Numbered from the stretch's first letter, positions 7,532 to 16,912 are shown. The stretch: DNA of 30,611 nt from Opitutales bacterium (GCA_049599475.1 JBMYOQ010000053.1:1-30611); one strand, 5' to 3'. Program-made: numbers and translations. The notes: generated by a model from the sequence alone, not told the origin.

Positions 7532-9841
7532 TTACTGAGAATCCCGCAATTTCTCGGCCTCGTTGCGGCAATCATGAAAATTCAGATATACTAAGATAAT
7601 AGCCAAGATAACGGTAATAAAGACAGAGCTGCCCAGAGATGCAACAGCAGGTATCGTAGACATACTGAGGACTCCGAAGGACATACCCGTGGTGAGTGCA
7701 GAGACCAAAATCGAGTACGGGAAATTTGCACAGTGATCCGCTGCGTGCTGGGAAAATAGCGCATAGTCCAAACACAGACAGAAGCCGAGCAAGAGCCCGA
7801 TCAGGCTCAAAATAGATAAACTTTCCACGATCGCCATCTGCCACGCGATACTGAGGAACAGGCTCACAAGACACAGTCCCAATACGCGCAGCGCACTGCG
7901 GCGACCAATCGCCAGATAGACAGTGACCGCGATACCGGCGAAGATGAAAGCTCCCATGCGCATCACCCATTCGCGATAGCGCCCTAGGACTTGATTTAGG
8001 TTTTCCACCTGGTTGAGCTCAAAAAGGCCCTCTGGAGCATTTTTCACATGAAACTCCGGCGGCATTGGTTGGGCGACCCAGGCATAGCCATCTCCCGCTT
8101 GATATAGCAATCTAAGATGTGGCAACATATAATCGGAAAGCCCGAGATATGCCTTCGAAAGGTCATCAGCGCGCGCTTCGCTGCCTTTTTCGAGATATTT
8201 CCCAAAGGCTTCTTTGAACGGCTCAAACATGCCGACATTGAATCCAGCCTCGCGCATCTCGCTGTCCATCGCTTCCAAGAAACCACTCTCGGGCAGCCAC
8301 TCATCGACAAACTCAGCATCTTGGTGCGAAGTAAGCAAGGGCACCCATGATCCATAGTTCGAAGCGCCACTGTTATCCAAAGAATCCTTAGCCAATGTAA
8401 CCGCGGACTGCGCATCATCACCAAGCGCAAAAATCAAATTGGTATCGTCCTTTCGACCAAATGTTCGGCGAATTTCCAAATCTTCCTCGACCAATTCCGG
8501 AAAGTGCACGCTGAAGCTTTGGATGTCATCGACAAACATGGGCGGGTGCCAAACGAGCACGCCCACTCCCACCGCGACGACGACTCCCATCAGGGAACGC
8601 GAAACCAATGTGGGAATGGAGACTTCTCGCTCTGCCCAAGATGGACGGATGGCCTCGGTGCGCCCACTGCGAAATAGATAGACCCCTGCTGAAATTGCGC
8701 CGATCACACCTGCGCAGACAAAGACACCCACTTGTCGCAATAGAGGCAACGGAGCCACTGATAACACCGCAAAACCGACCGCAGTCGAAATCGCACTGAG
8801 TATCAGAGGTTTCATCACGATCTTTCGCTCATCCTTTGCAGACAGGACTAGGTGAAATCCATAATCAATGACCACGCCGGCAAGGATAGAGCCGATGATT
8901 AAAGTGATCGCATGGAGTTGATCGAAAACGAAATACGCGGTCCACAAACCGAATGCGAGGGCGAGCACAATGAGCGGCATAACCGCCAATACAGTCCTTA
9001 CGGGCCGCATGAATACGAGTGCTATGACAATGACCCCAAGGATGCCCAGAGTGTTGAGCCGAGAGACCTCGCTCACGATCCCCATCCGATTCGCGTAGGC
9101 GAATTTACTGACTCCGGAGAACAATATTTCGTAGGCCTCTGGGTGTTCCCCAACAGCCTCGGCGAAGGCTTCATAAATACCGTCGACGACGGGCCCCTGC
9201 CCTTCAGCTGCGAGTGGAGAATGGCCCGTTTCAATCCACATCAATACATTTTCACTCGCGTCGCTTCGCCCATTATCCTGGATCTGAGTCAGCAGGCTCG
9301 GAATCAACAACAAGGGATCCGCCACCAACAAGTCTTCAAACGCGAAGGCCTCCACTTGATCGAGGAACGCGCTCATGTCCTCAACAGTCTGTGCAGCAGC
9401 AAAGGTCTCGAAATCTCTAGGCCTACCCGCCTCTAACCAGTCACTGTGCTTCGCCTGAATCCAGGCTGGGAACAGCAAATCCATCCGGTTTTCAAAAAGA
9501 TACTCCCCCATTGGCTCATAGGCCGCAGGGTCATCTACCTGATAATTCTCGGTGAATGCGGGATTTCCATCGAGCGCCGCGACGAAAGACTCAGTTACCG
9601 CTTCGAGGTCCTTCGGAGCCTCGCCCGTGTAGTCGGGATTGGGTCGAATAATCGTCTGCAGTCCGTTAATCTTCTGTTCACGCGAGAGCAGTTGCAAAAA
9701 CTGTATTTCAGGAGCCTCGTCTTCGGCCGGCAGCAAATCCAGCACATTGGTACTCATCTCCTTGAAAACCTGAAATACTGCCAGCACTACTGACAAGATT
9801 CCAAGCAGGGTGACTACCCACCATCGCGTTCCAACTCTCAT
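7532..9841 (-). CDS. MMPL-family (RND superfamily) lipid exporter
   Basis: 769 aa with a duplicated TM + large loop + multi-TM layout. Conserved DY pairs GVVIDYG and CLCLDYA. Confidence 0.88.
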   Translation of the reverse strand: MRVGTRWWVVTLLGILSVVLAVFQVFKEMSTNVLDLLPAEDEAPEIQFLQLLSREQKINGLQTIIRPNPDYTGEAPKDLEAVTESFVAALDGNPAFTENYQVDDPAAYEPMGEYLFENRMDLLFPAWIQAKHSDWLEAGRPRDFETFAAAQTVEDMSAFLDQVEAFAFEDLLVADPLLLIPSLLTQIQDNGRSDASENVLMWIETGHSPLAAEGQGPVVDGIYEAFAEAVGEHPEAYEILFSGVSKFAYANRMGIVSEVSRLNTLGILGVIVIALVFMRPVRTVLAVMPLIVLALAFGLWTAYFVFDQLHAITLIIGSILAGVVIDYGFHLVLSAKDERKIVMKPLILSAISTAVGFAVLSVAPLPLLRQVGVFVCAGVIGAISAGVYLFRSGRTEAIRPSWAEREVSIPTLVSRSLMGVVVAVGVGVLVWHPPMFVDDIQSFSVHFPELVEEDLEIRRTFGRKDDTNLIFALGDDAQSAVTLAKDSLDNSGASNYGSWVPLLTSHQDAEFVDEWLPESGFLEAMDSEMREAGFNVGMFEPFKEAFGKYLEKGSEARADDLSKAYLGLSDYMLPHLRLLYQAGDGYAWVAQPMPPEFHVKNAPEGLFELNQVENLNQVLGRYREWVMRMGAFIFAGIAVTVYLAIGRRSALRVLGLCLVSLFLSIAWQMAIVESLSILSLIGLLLGFCLCLDYALFSQHAADHCANFPYSILVSALTTGMSFGVLSMSTIPAVASLGSSVFITVILAIILVYLNFHDCRNEAEKLRDSQ

Positions 9842-9872
9842 ACCCTAAAGAAGCCGAGCCCAGGCGCTAAAA

Positions 9873-10499
9873 TTAGAAGTAAAGCTCCTTCACCTCGCTT
9901 GAGAAAGCGATGTTCTTCTCAGCTGAGGCCACCTTGATGTTAACGCGTTTTCCACCTTTCATGCGCATTTCCATTTCGGTGACGTAGACCGCATCGCCAA
10001 TCAATTTGACCTCACGGATCTGATCGCGACCCGTATCCTCTTTCGGCTCAATCACAGCGGTCCATACTTCTTCTTCAAGAGAGTAATCCTTGAGCAGAAA
10101 TCCGCCCTTCCAGGATTCCAAATCAAAGCTAAAAATTGTCCCAATAAGATTTGGGATCCAGTTATAACGCTCACTGTCGGGGAGGCTGCTCGTTTCACCA
10201 TCCGAATTTCTCATCGCGACGGAGTCCTCGTAAATGATGATGGTGCGATCTGAGGGCTCTACATAATTCAGGCTCACTCCCAATTCAGAATCAAAACGCA
10301 GGACCCCCTTTAAATAACTGGGACGATCTCTGAGGAGCGAATGACGCCACTCCTCAAAGCGGGCCTCAACTGAGGCAGTCTCAGGAAGACTCTTGAACAG
10401 CGCCTCCCAACGAGCGTCCTCAGTCTCTTCAGCCGAAACCGAGCAGGCCGCAGCAATTATTCCGAGGATCAACAGTGTTTTATAAAAAATGGGGCGCAT
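9873..10499 (-). CDS. LolA-like periplasmic lipid/lipoprotein carrier
   Basis: Signal peptide from ATG 10499 (MRPIFYKTLLILGIIAAACSVSA). LolA-fold pattern VEARFEEWRH...LKGVLRF...LNYVEP. Directly upstream of MMPL. Confidence 0.8.
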   Translation of the reverse strand: MRPIFYKTLLILGIIAAACSVSAEETEDARWEALFKSLPETASVEARFEEWRHSLLRDRPSYLKGVLRFDSELGVSLNYVEPSDRTIIIYEDSVAMRNSDGETSSLPDSERYNWIPNLIGTIFSFDLESWKGGFLLKDYSLEEEVWTAVIEPKEDTGRDQIREVKLIGDAVYVTEMEMRMKGGKRVNIKVASAEKNIAFSSEVKELYF

Positions 10500-10561
10500 T
10501 GGGGACCTGAAGTGAATGGACCTAAAAGCAAAATTTAGAAAATGGTGAGTCAGATTAAGCA

Positions 10562-10591
10562 AGTCTAGTGAAAACCAGCATTATCTTTCAA
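10562..10591 (-). promoter_or_regulatory. Candidate sigma70 promoter for the lolA-like/MMPL operon
   Basis: Minus strand TTGAAA-N18-TAGACT. Confidence 0.4.
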
Positions 10592-10635
10592 TGCCCCTGA
10601 CCACCGGCCGGGTAAAACAGTTCCCAATTGGCATA

Positions 10636-11124
10636 TCAAACCACTGTTGCACGCCTGGGCTCCCGGCGAGTCATGAAAAACGTGAGCACATAGCTTACAG
10701 GAACGAGTAGAATACGGGACCACCATTCAATCCGCACCTGCCTTAGAATAGTACTGAAATCGACGCGTTTCAGAGTGCCACCACGCTGCGCTAAATACCA
10801 TTCCCTGGCTTTCACGCCCTTCATAAATTTGAATACATTCGCATAACCCACTCCATTTCGATTCGCAACCGGGACAACGACCACCTCAGCTTGCTCGTTG
10901 GTGAGCCACGCTCCGCGAAAGCCGTTTGACAGCTCGTTTGGCACAATAGCATCTGAGATTCGAGAGTCCGCGACCAATTCGGGGTGACATTCAAAATCGG
11001 TAATCGCAACGAGTTCTTTCTCCGGCCAGCGCTTGCGGCACGCTTCGAGGGCACCGTCCATATTCTCGACCGCTACTGATCGGACGACGAAGACCGTTTT
11101 TTCGATGGGACGTTTCGAAGCCAT
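10636..11124 (-). CDS. Hypothetical protein resembling the N-terminal half of GT9 glycosyltransferases, with a C-terminal hydrophobic segment
   Basis: ATG at 11124 overlaps the upstream TAA (TAATG). VFVVRS...ALEACRKRWPEKELVAIT...ISDAI recalls the GT9 N-terminal pattern (weak, by eye). Confidence 0.6.
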   Translation of the reverse strand: MASKRPIEKTVFVVRSVAVENMDGALEACRKRWPEKELVAITDFECHPELVADSRISDAIVPNELSNGFRGAWLTNEQAEVVVVPVANRNGVGYANVFKFMKGVKAREWYLAQRGGTLKRVDFSTILRQVRIEWWSRILLVPVSYVLTFFMTRREPRRATVV

Positions 11125-12050
11125 TAGCCTAAAAACCCATAGGGTGTCATCCAATCCATCGAGACCTTCCGAAATTGCATTTCCGATAAGCGCTCGATCT
11201 TTTCCGGGTACATCTTCCACAAGCGCAAGGCTTTGCGATGGGCTCGTAAATAGACAGTGCTTCGATGAAGGATAGTATACACCAGTATATCCCGCAGCCG
11301 CCGTCTAAACTGATCTCGCCAACTCTGAGCAGGGGCATAACGCAAGATCAGGAGCAATTGGTTACAACAGTCCTCAAAGGCTAGTTCCGTAACATGTCGA
11401 GATGTGTCAACCTGCTCCTGGATGATACATGCCTCGGGACAGTGGAGGACATTTCCACCCTCCGCAAAGACTCGGGCGACCCAATGCGCCTCTGAGGCGT
11501 AGCTCGGAATCTCGTCATCGAAAAACCCTAATTTTTCTAAGCTCGCACGTCTCACAAGAAAGCCAGCCTGTTTAAAAATTCCCGCGTCTATCAATGATGC
11601 ACGATTGAGTTGCCGTAAATTCTCACGCGGATGCCTCAAGATCGAGACTGAAATGACATCGTCTTCGGGTTCGGTGCTCAGAATCCGGCACAGCCCTTCC
11701 CAAGAGTTTATATCCGGGACACTGTTCTGCTCTAGGGAAAGTATCCAAGTCCCCTGTGCCTCGCGATAGCCACTGTTTCCGACCCCATGCCCTTCAGCAT
11801 CTCCGGCATTGATAACTCGGACCTTCGAGAAAGATTCCTCTAAACCCCTCAGCTTGAAGGCATCGCTTCCGCATCCTACAATCAACACCTCTTTCCATGG
11901 CGCCTCAGTCTCAAAGATGGACCTAAGGGTGCCTTCCAACTTTTCGAAACTTCCCTCACGCGCAGCGATCACGACGCTCACATCACGAAATACCCGCATC
12001 CATGATGGAAGTGGGTAGGAACCTTCAACTGAGCGTTTCGCGAGAGCCAT
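11124..12050 (-). CDS. Glycosyltransferase family 2-like protein with degenerate catalytic motifs
   Basis: GT2 scaffold (VSVVIAA, LRSIF, EVLIV, NSGYREAQGTWILSL, LVRRASLEKLGFFDD), but DxD reads EQN and the ED motif reads EA. Confidence 0.75.
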   Translation of the reverse strand: MALAKRSVEGSYPLPSWMRVFRDVSVVIAAREGSFEKLEGTLRSIFETEAPWKEVLIVGCGSDAFKLRGLEESFSKVRVINAGDAEGHGVGNSGYREAQGTWILSLEQNSVPDINSWEGLCRILSTEPEDDVISVSILRHPRENLRQLNRASLIDAGIFKQAGFLVRRASLEKLGFFDDEIPSYASEAHWVARVFAEGGNVLHCPEACIIQEQVDTSRHVTELAFEDCCNQLLLILRYAPAQSWRDQFRRRLRDILVYTILHRSTVYLRAHRKALRLWKMYPEKIERLSEMQFRKVSMDWMTPYGFLG

Positions 12051-12135
12051 TTCAGCCCTATAATTCGACGCCTCAAAACGCGACCTGAGCTGAATTAGCG
12101 CAGATTATGTGGTAACTCGAGACCGCTAATAGCGA

Positions 12136-13176
12136 TTAGCGACTCAGACGAGCCATGTGCCCCGTGAAACCTGCGCCAAAAGCCGTTAGGTCTATGCTAT
12201 GCTTGTCCGAAGCACCGTTGCTCAACATATTTTTGAGAACATATACAACCGAAGGGCTGCTCATGTTTCCATGCTTTCTCAAGACATCTCGCGAGTATCC
12301 ATAATCAAATTCGGGGAGCTGACCATGGATAGCATCAATCACGTCACGGCCTCCAGGGTGAACCGCCAAGGCCTCGGGAGGCGTTTGGAATGTATCCAGC
12401 ATGCGCTCGTGCAATCCCTTTACCGCCTTACCCGCAACTTCGGGCACCGAGCGGTGTAGTTTGTTTTTCAACTTCCCGGAATCGTTCACAAAACGCAGCA
12501 GGTCCCGCCCCTCAGGCTGATGCACACTTTGAAATCCAGCCAGCTTCCAGTCGTTCTCGCCGAGCTGTTCGCCACTCCAAATAGACGCCGCACAGCCATC
12601 ACCAAACAGGCACATACTGACAAGCACGCCGATATCGTCATCCATATAAAACGCGGCGGAGCATACCTCTACCTGCACCACCGCCACCTTAGCTTCAGGA
12701 TGGGCAGCGAGGAAATGACTACCCGCACGCAAGGACGGTAGCGCGGCCCCGCAGCCCAAGCCCACCATGTCGTTCAAATACACATCGGAACGCATGCCCA
12801 AGCGCTCAGCAGCAAAACTGGAAAGCCCGGGGCACACATAGCCTGTGCAGGTCGCGACGATCAGGCCGTCGAGATCTCCGATGGCAATTTCCGCATTCTC
12901 ACAAGCCTCCCTGACTGCTGATTCGACCAGCAATTGCCCATGCTCCTCGAAGCCCTCGTTGAGCGTTTGTGCATCTAAATCAAAAATACCTTCCACATCC
13001 TGCATCGCGAAGTGACGGCGATCGATACCGTTATCGTTCATCAGAATTTTTTCGACAATCCCCTGAGATCTCTGAGTCAATGAATGAAAGCTCTGAGATT
13101 TTTGTAGAATCTGCCAGCAATCAGACTGCGAATAGGCGTGGGACGGGGTAGCTGTAGCGATAGTTCTTAGATACAT
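12136..13176 (-). CDS. Type III polyketide synthase (chalcone/stilbene synthase family)
   Basis: Catalytic triad Cys (GLGCGAA), His (VHPGG), Asn (HGNMSS); also TCTG, EVCS and LFGDG. ATG 13176 is preferred over 13224. Confidence 0.93.
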   Translation of the reverse strand: MYLRTIATATPSHAYSQSDCWQILQKSQSFHSLTQRSQGIVEKILMNDNGIDRRHFAMQDVEGIFDLDAQTLNEGFEEHGQLLVESAVREACENAEIAIGDLDGLIVATCTGYVCPGLSSFAAERLGMRSDVYLNDMVGLGCGAALPSLRAGSHFLAAHPEAKVAVVQVEVCSAAFYMDDDIGVLVSMCLFGDGCAASIWSGEQLGENDWKLAGFQSVHQPEGRDLLRFVNDSGKLKNKLHRSVPEVAGKAVKGLHERMLDTFQTPPEALAVHPGGRDVIDAIHGQLPEFDYGYSRDVLRKHGNMSSPSVVYVLKNMLSNGASDKHSIDLTAFGAGFTGHMARLSR

Positions 13177-13338
13177 GCGAATAAGGGATGATAAACTGAC
13201 TGAGGATCGCCCGAGATCAAGCATCCGTCACACATAATCGAAATTAGCCCTGGGAATCCCTATTCTGCCTTGCCCAATCCCACAAAGCGGTCCTAGTTGG
13301 GAAGCATTTCTCAAACGCAAATCCAATAATAGTTATCC

Positions 13339-14646
13339 ATGTCAAACACACCCGCTCAAGGCTTCGGTACACGCGCACTTCATGCAGGACAATCTCCTGA
13401 TCCTACGACGAAATCTCGCGCAGTACCGATTTATCAGACAACGTCTTTTACCTTCGACGACACGGAACACGCTGCTGATCTTTTTGCCCTAAAGCAGCTC
13501 GGCAATATCTATACTCGGATTCACAATCCGACCACCGATGTGCTGGAAGCGCGGATCGCTTCCCTTGAAGGCGGTGTCGCAAGCCTTGCTCATAGCTCAG
13601 GACAGGCGGCGATCACCAACGCCATCATGAACATCTGCAACAGCGGCGACCACATCGTCTCTGTTTCTCAGCTTTACGGCGGCACATACAATCTTTTCCA
13701 CTACACATTGCCTAAAATCGGAATCGAAGTGAGCTTTGTCGACGCCGACGATCCCGATGCATTCAAGGCAGCAATCAAGCCAAACACGAAGGCAATTTTC
13801 GGCGAAGGCCTCGGTAATCCGCGCCTGAATATCTTTCCGTTCGAAGAAGTGGGTGCCATTGCCAAGGAAGCCGGTATCCCGCTAATTATTGATAATACCG
13901 CGTTGTCCCCATACTTAAATCGTCCGCTGGAATGGGGCGCGAATATTGTCGTGCACTCTACGACTAAATACATCGGTGGCCATGGCACAGCGATCGGCGG
14001 TGTAGTCGTCGACGGAGGAAATTTCGACTGGGGCAACGGAAAATTCCCGGGGTTCACTGAGGCTGACCCGAGCTACCATGGCCTTGTCCACTGGGATGCA
14101 TTCAAGGAGTTCCCACCAGCTGGCGGAGCAAACGTGGCCTACATACTCAAGATGCGCCTGCAACTGATGCGCGACACGGGCGGTTGCCCTGCCCCGATGA
14201 ACAGCTGGCTCAAACTTCAAGGCATCGAAACTCTGCACCTGCGCATGGAGCGGATTTGTCAAAATGCTATGGCAGTCGCTGAGTATTTGGATAGTCATGA
14301 CAAAGTAGAATGGGTCAACTACCCAGGACTCAAATCCAGCCAGCACCATGAAGTGGCAAAGAAATATCTCTCCGGCGGCTTCGGCGGACTTCTTGGTTTC
14401 GGCGTAAAGGGCGGCATCGAGTCCGGCAAAAAGTTCATTGAGGGCCTCAACCTCTTTAGCCACTTGGCAAATATTGGAGATGCAAAATCTCTCGCGATTC
14501 ATCCATCTTCCACCACTCACTCGCAACTCACTGAAGAAGAGCAAATCAGTAGCGGAGTCACTCCCGACTACGTGCGCCTATCACTGGGCATCGAGGATGG
14601 AGCGGATTTGATCGCGGACTTGGATCAGGCACTGGCGCAGATCTAA
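13339..14646 (+). CDS. metY: O-acetylhomoserine aminocarboxypropyltransferase/sulfhydrylase
   Basis: [32 protein letters not shown] (PLP lysine), [20 protein letters not shown] and RLSLGIE. Confidence 0.95.
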   Translation: MSNTPAQGFGTRALHAGQSPDPTTKSRAVPIYQTTSFTFDDTEHAADLFALKQLGNIYTRIHNPTTDVLEARIASLEGGVASLAHSSGQAAITNAIMNICNSGDHIVSVSQLYGGTYNLFHYTLPKIGIEVSFVDADDPDAFKAAIKPNTKAIFGEGLGNPRLNIFPFEEVGAIAKEAGIPLIIDNTALSPYLNRPLEWGANIVVHSTTKYIGGHGTAIGGVVVDGGNFDWGNGKFPGFTEADPSYHGLVHWDAFKEFPPAGGANVAYILKMRLQLMRDTGGCPAPMNSWLKLQGIETLHLRMERICQNAMAVAEYLDSHDKVEWVNYPGLKSSQHHEVAKKYLSGGFGGLLGFGVKGGIESGKKFIEGLNLFSHLANIGDAKSLAIHPSSTTHSQLTEEEQISSGVTPDYVRLSLGIEDGADLIADLDQALAQI

Positions 14647-14685
14647 AACTCGCCTCTACTCGAGCCTTTTCTTAACGGCCACTTT

Positions 14686-14731
14686 TCCCGTCACACCGAT
14701 GCTTCTGGCGTTTGAGTGGCGGGATTTTTTT
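14686..14731 (+). terminator. Rho-independent terminator of metY
   Basis: Stem TCCCGTCAC / GTGGCGGGA (one G-U pair) followed by T7. Confidence 0.7.
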
Positions 14732-14743
14732 ATTTTTAACAGA

Positions 14744-14774
14744 TCGCCCTACTCAGGTTTTCTGAGCAGGGCGA
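14744..14774. repeat. 13-bp-stem hairpin (minus-strand terminator or REP-like)
   Basis: TCGCCCTACTCAG-GTTTT-CTGAGCAGGGCGA, one mismatch (G-U on the minus strand). Confidence 0.5.
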
Positions 14775-14871
14775 GGCCTATCTACGAATCTCCTAGAGAG
14801 ACCATTTGATTTGTGGTGGTGATTGGTGAATATGGTTAATACTCACCTTCTCTTCACCCAGGCCTTTCGAA

Positions 14872-14889
14872 TGTAACAGAGTTTCTTCA
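14872..14889. repeat. 18-bp motif, copy 1 (TGTAACAGAGTTTCTTCA)
   Basis: 16 of 18 positions identical to 16881-16898. Confidence 0.55.
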
Positions 14890-14970
14890 AAAATTTCAGC
14901 GCCCCAAAAAAACCATCGATCGACCATCTTGAAACGCGCCGGATTCCAGACTTAACAACTCGCTCAAGTG

Positions 14971-16272
14971 CTAGGGAATCACTTCAAATTTCAAAGTAAT
15001 TTCTTCCCCAGTCACCCCATCCTCGGCGATCACTTTTACGTCGATCTTATAGCGCCCGGGCCTAGATATCCATCCTCTGACGGATCGCCGCCCCTGGAGA
15101 TAAAATGGGCTCTCGTTTTCAAAAATTCTCTTCGATTCGATCTCTCCCGTATTCGGATCCTCGCGCTCTAAGAGGAGTCGCAAACGATCTACCACCCCCA
15201 TGGTATTGATTTTCAAATCAATTTCTCTGCTGGGAAGCGACGACAATGAAAGCACTGTCCCCGACAGAAAGGGATCAAAGCCCAAAATCGACTCTCGAGA
15301 TTCTTGGTGCACCAAGGAAAACCCTAGAACTTTTCCAAAATTCGCAGATTCTTCGTCCAGAAGCGGCGTCTCGAGCTCCTGTATATTTGGCCCTAGACGC
15401 GCACGTTGCCCGCCCTCGACCAAAAAGTCCGCCCCACTCTCACCTCGGTAAAATCGGACCAGACCGCTATACACCCTTAACTCGGTGTAAGACTCGCTAA
15501 CCGCCACGCTAAACTCGGTTCCCAAGACCTCGATTCGCGCAAAGTCTGTTTCGATCTCCACAGGAAACCCTGTTTTTTGCCGGAATGCTTTCATCCGCAA
15601 TTGCCCTTTTTGTAGATATAAACGTTTGCTTAGATCTGAGGCATCGCGCGGTTCGGCGATGATCAACGCGCTACCCGAAAGTAGCGTCACTCTAGATTGA
15701 TCCGGATATCTAAACGTGATTTGCGAACCTGCAGATGTTTTCACCGTGGCTCCCGGCTTTACGACCTCTCCCGTTTCCAGATTGCCGTCCGCAGTGCGCC
15801 CACCACTGCTGTTTTGCACCGTCAAATTTAAAACATCCATCGCCCTAGCAGACTCGTAGGGCGCGGTATTCTGACTCATCGAAAGCAGGCCTATCACCAG
15901 GCAGGCCGCGGCAGCCAATGATACCCCCAGCAACATGCGCCGTATTTTTGTATTCCTTTGGATCTCCGAAGACCCTCCAGCTCGTTTTATAGACTCTGAG
16001 AATTCCGAGATATTCCCCTGATCTCTTTGGATCTCTGGGCCTTCTACTTCCGAAAGGCGTCCCTTCAGCGCCTTAATAAACATTTCTTCGGCGCGATGAG
16101 CATTCAGGCTTTGGCTCATGGCATCTTCAAATTGCATGAGCGCCCGGAGCCTATCGCGCACCTCGGCATCTCGCTCAATAGCTTCAGCCAATGCACGATC
16201 TTCAGCTTCAGACAGCGAGTCATCCGCGAACTTTTGAATCAAGAACTCGATGTCTGAACTCCCCGGATTCAT
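14971..16272 (-). CDS. FecR-domain anti-sigma factor with a C-terminal Ig-like domain
   Basis: N-terminal helical anti-sigma region, one TM helix (LLGVSLAAAACLVIGLL) and a FecR motif (PVEIETDFARIEVLGTEFSV). ATG 16272 overlaps the sigma TGA (ATGA). Confidence 0.88.
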   Translation of the reverse strand: MNPGSSDIEFLIQKFADDSLSEAEDRALAEAIERDAEVRDRLRALMQFEDAMSQSLNAHRAEEMFIKALKGRLSEVEGPEIQRDQGNISEFSESIKRAGGSSEIQRNTKIRRMLLGVSLAAAACLVIGLLSMSQNTAPYESARAMDVLNLTVQNSSGGRTADGNLETGEVVKPGATVKTSAGSQITFRYPDQSRVTLLSGSALIIAEPRDASDLSKRLYLQKGQLRMKAFRQKTGFPVEIETDFARIEVLGTEFSVAVSESYTELRVYSGLVRFYRGESGADFLVEGGQRARLGPNIQELETPLLDEESANFGKVLGFSLVHQESRESILGFDPFLSGTVLSLSSLPSREIDLKINTMGVVDRLRLLLEREDPNTGEIESKRIFENESPFYLQGRRSVRGWISRPGRYKIDVKVIAEDGVTGEEITLKFEVIP

Positions 16273-16817
16273 ACCCACTCTCCTTGAGTTTTTTGTTCAA
16301 CGCAGCCTCTCAAAGACTTTCGAATTCTGGACAAAGACATTCTGACGGCCGCGTGAGTCATCCCAAGCATCTCCGACAGTTCTTCGCCTTTGTAACCTCC
16401 CTCGAAACGCAGGTTCACAAGGTTTCGAGTCTTATCGGGCAGGCTATTGATACAGTCCTTCAAGGCCTTCAAACGGCGTTTATCCGACCAAAAGTCCTCC
16501 TGCTTTGGCTCACAGAACTCTGCCCGCGCGAGCGTCTCCGCAGCATAGCCTTCGCGCAAACGACGATCTCTAGAATGTTTCCTAAACTCCTGATAAACAA
16601 CATTCTTCGCGATACCAAAAAGCCACGCTCGAAAAGGGCGACGACCGTCGAACTTGTCCTGATTGCGAAGCACTTCGAGGAACACATTCTGGGCTACATC
16701 ATCGATAAGGTCTGGATGCACGCTCATCGACGCCAAAAAGGCTCTCAATGGAAGCAGGTGCTCCTTTACTATTTCGTCAAGTTCGAGAGTGGGTGCTGGG
16801 AAGGGCTCAATGGACAT
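16269..16817 (-). CDS. ECF-type sigma-70 factor
   Basis: Region 2 (DDVAQNVF, FRAWLFGIAKN) and region 4 (CINSLP...LRF...VRMSLSRIRKSLRGC); 182 aa. Confidence 0.93.
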   Translation of the reverse strand: MSIEPFPAPTLELDEIVKEHLLPLRAFLASMSVHPDLIDDVAQNVFLEVLRNQDKFDGRRPFRAWLFGIAKNVVYQEFRKHSRDRRLREGYAAETLARAEFCEPKQEDFWSDKRRLKALKDCINSLPDKTRNLVNLRFEGGYKGEELSEMLGMTHAAVRMSLSRIRKSLRGCVEQKTQGEWV

Positions 16818-16880
16818 ATGGGGACACTATGATTCCTGAATTCAAAAGACGGTTACAGGTATTGAAACCTTACCGCATTT

Positions 16881-16898
16881 TGTAACAGAGAATCTTCA
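16881..16898. repeat. 18-bp motif, copy 2 (TGTAACAGAGAATCTTCA)
   Basis: 16 of 18 positions identical to 14872-14889. An inverted GTTACA lies at 16852-16857. Confidence 0.55.
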
Positions 16899-16912
16899 GT
16901 ATCCGCCTCGAG

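Noticed and set aside
10500..10562. N-terminal extension of the LolA-like ORF
   Set aside because: The signal peptide begins at ATG 10499 and the extension runs into the candidate promoter. Extended starts at 11220, 13224, 16278 and 24347 were likewise rejected in favour of coupled or non-overlapping ATGs.
13177..13338. SAM riboswitch upstream of metY
   Set aside because: I could not recognise SAM-I/II/IV or SAM-SAH core motifs or a terminator. An Infernal/Rfam scan would settle it.
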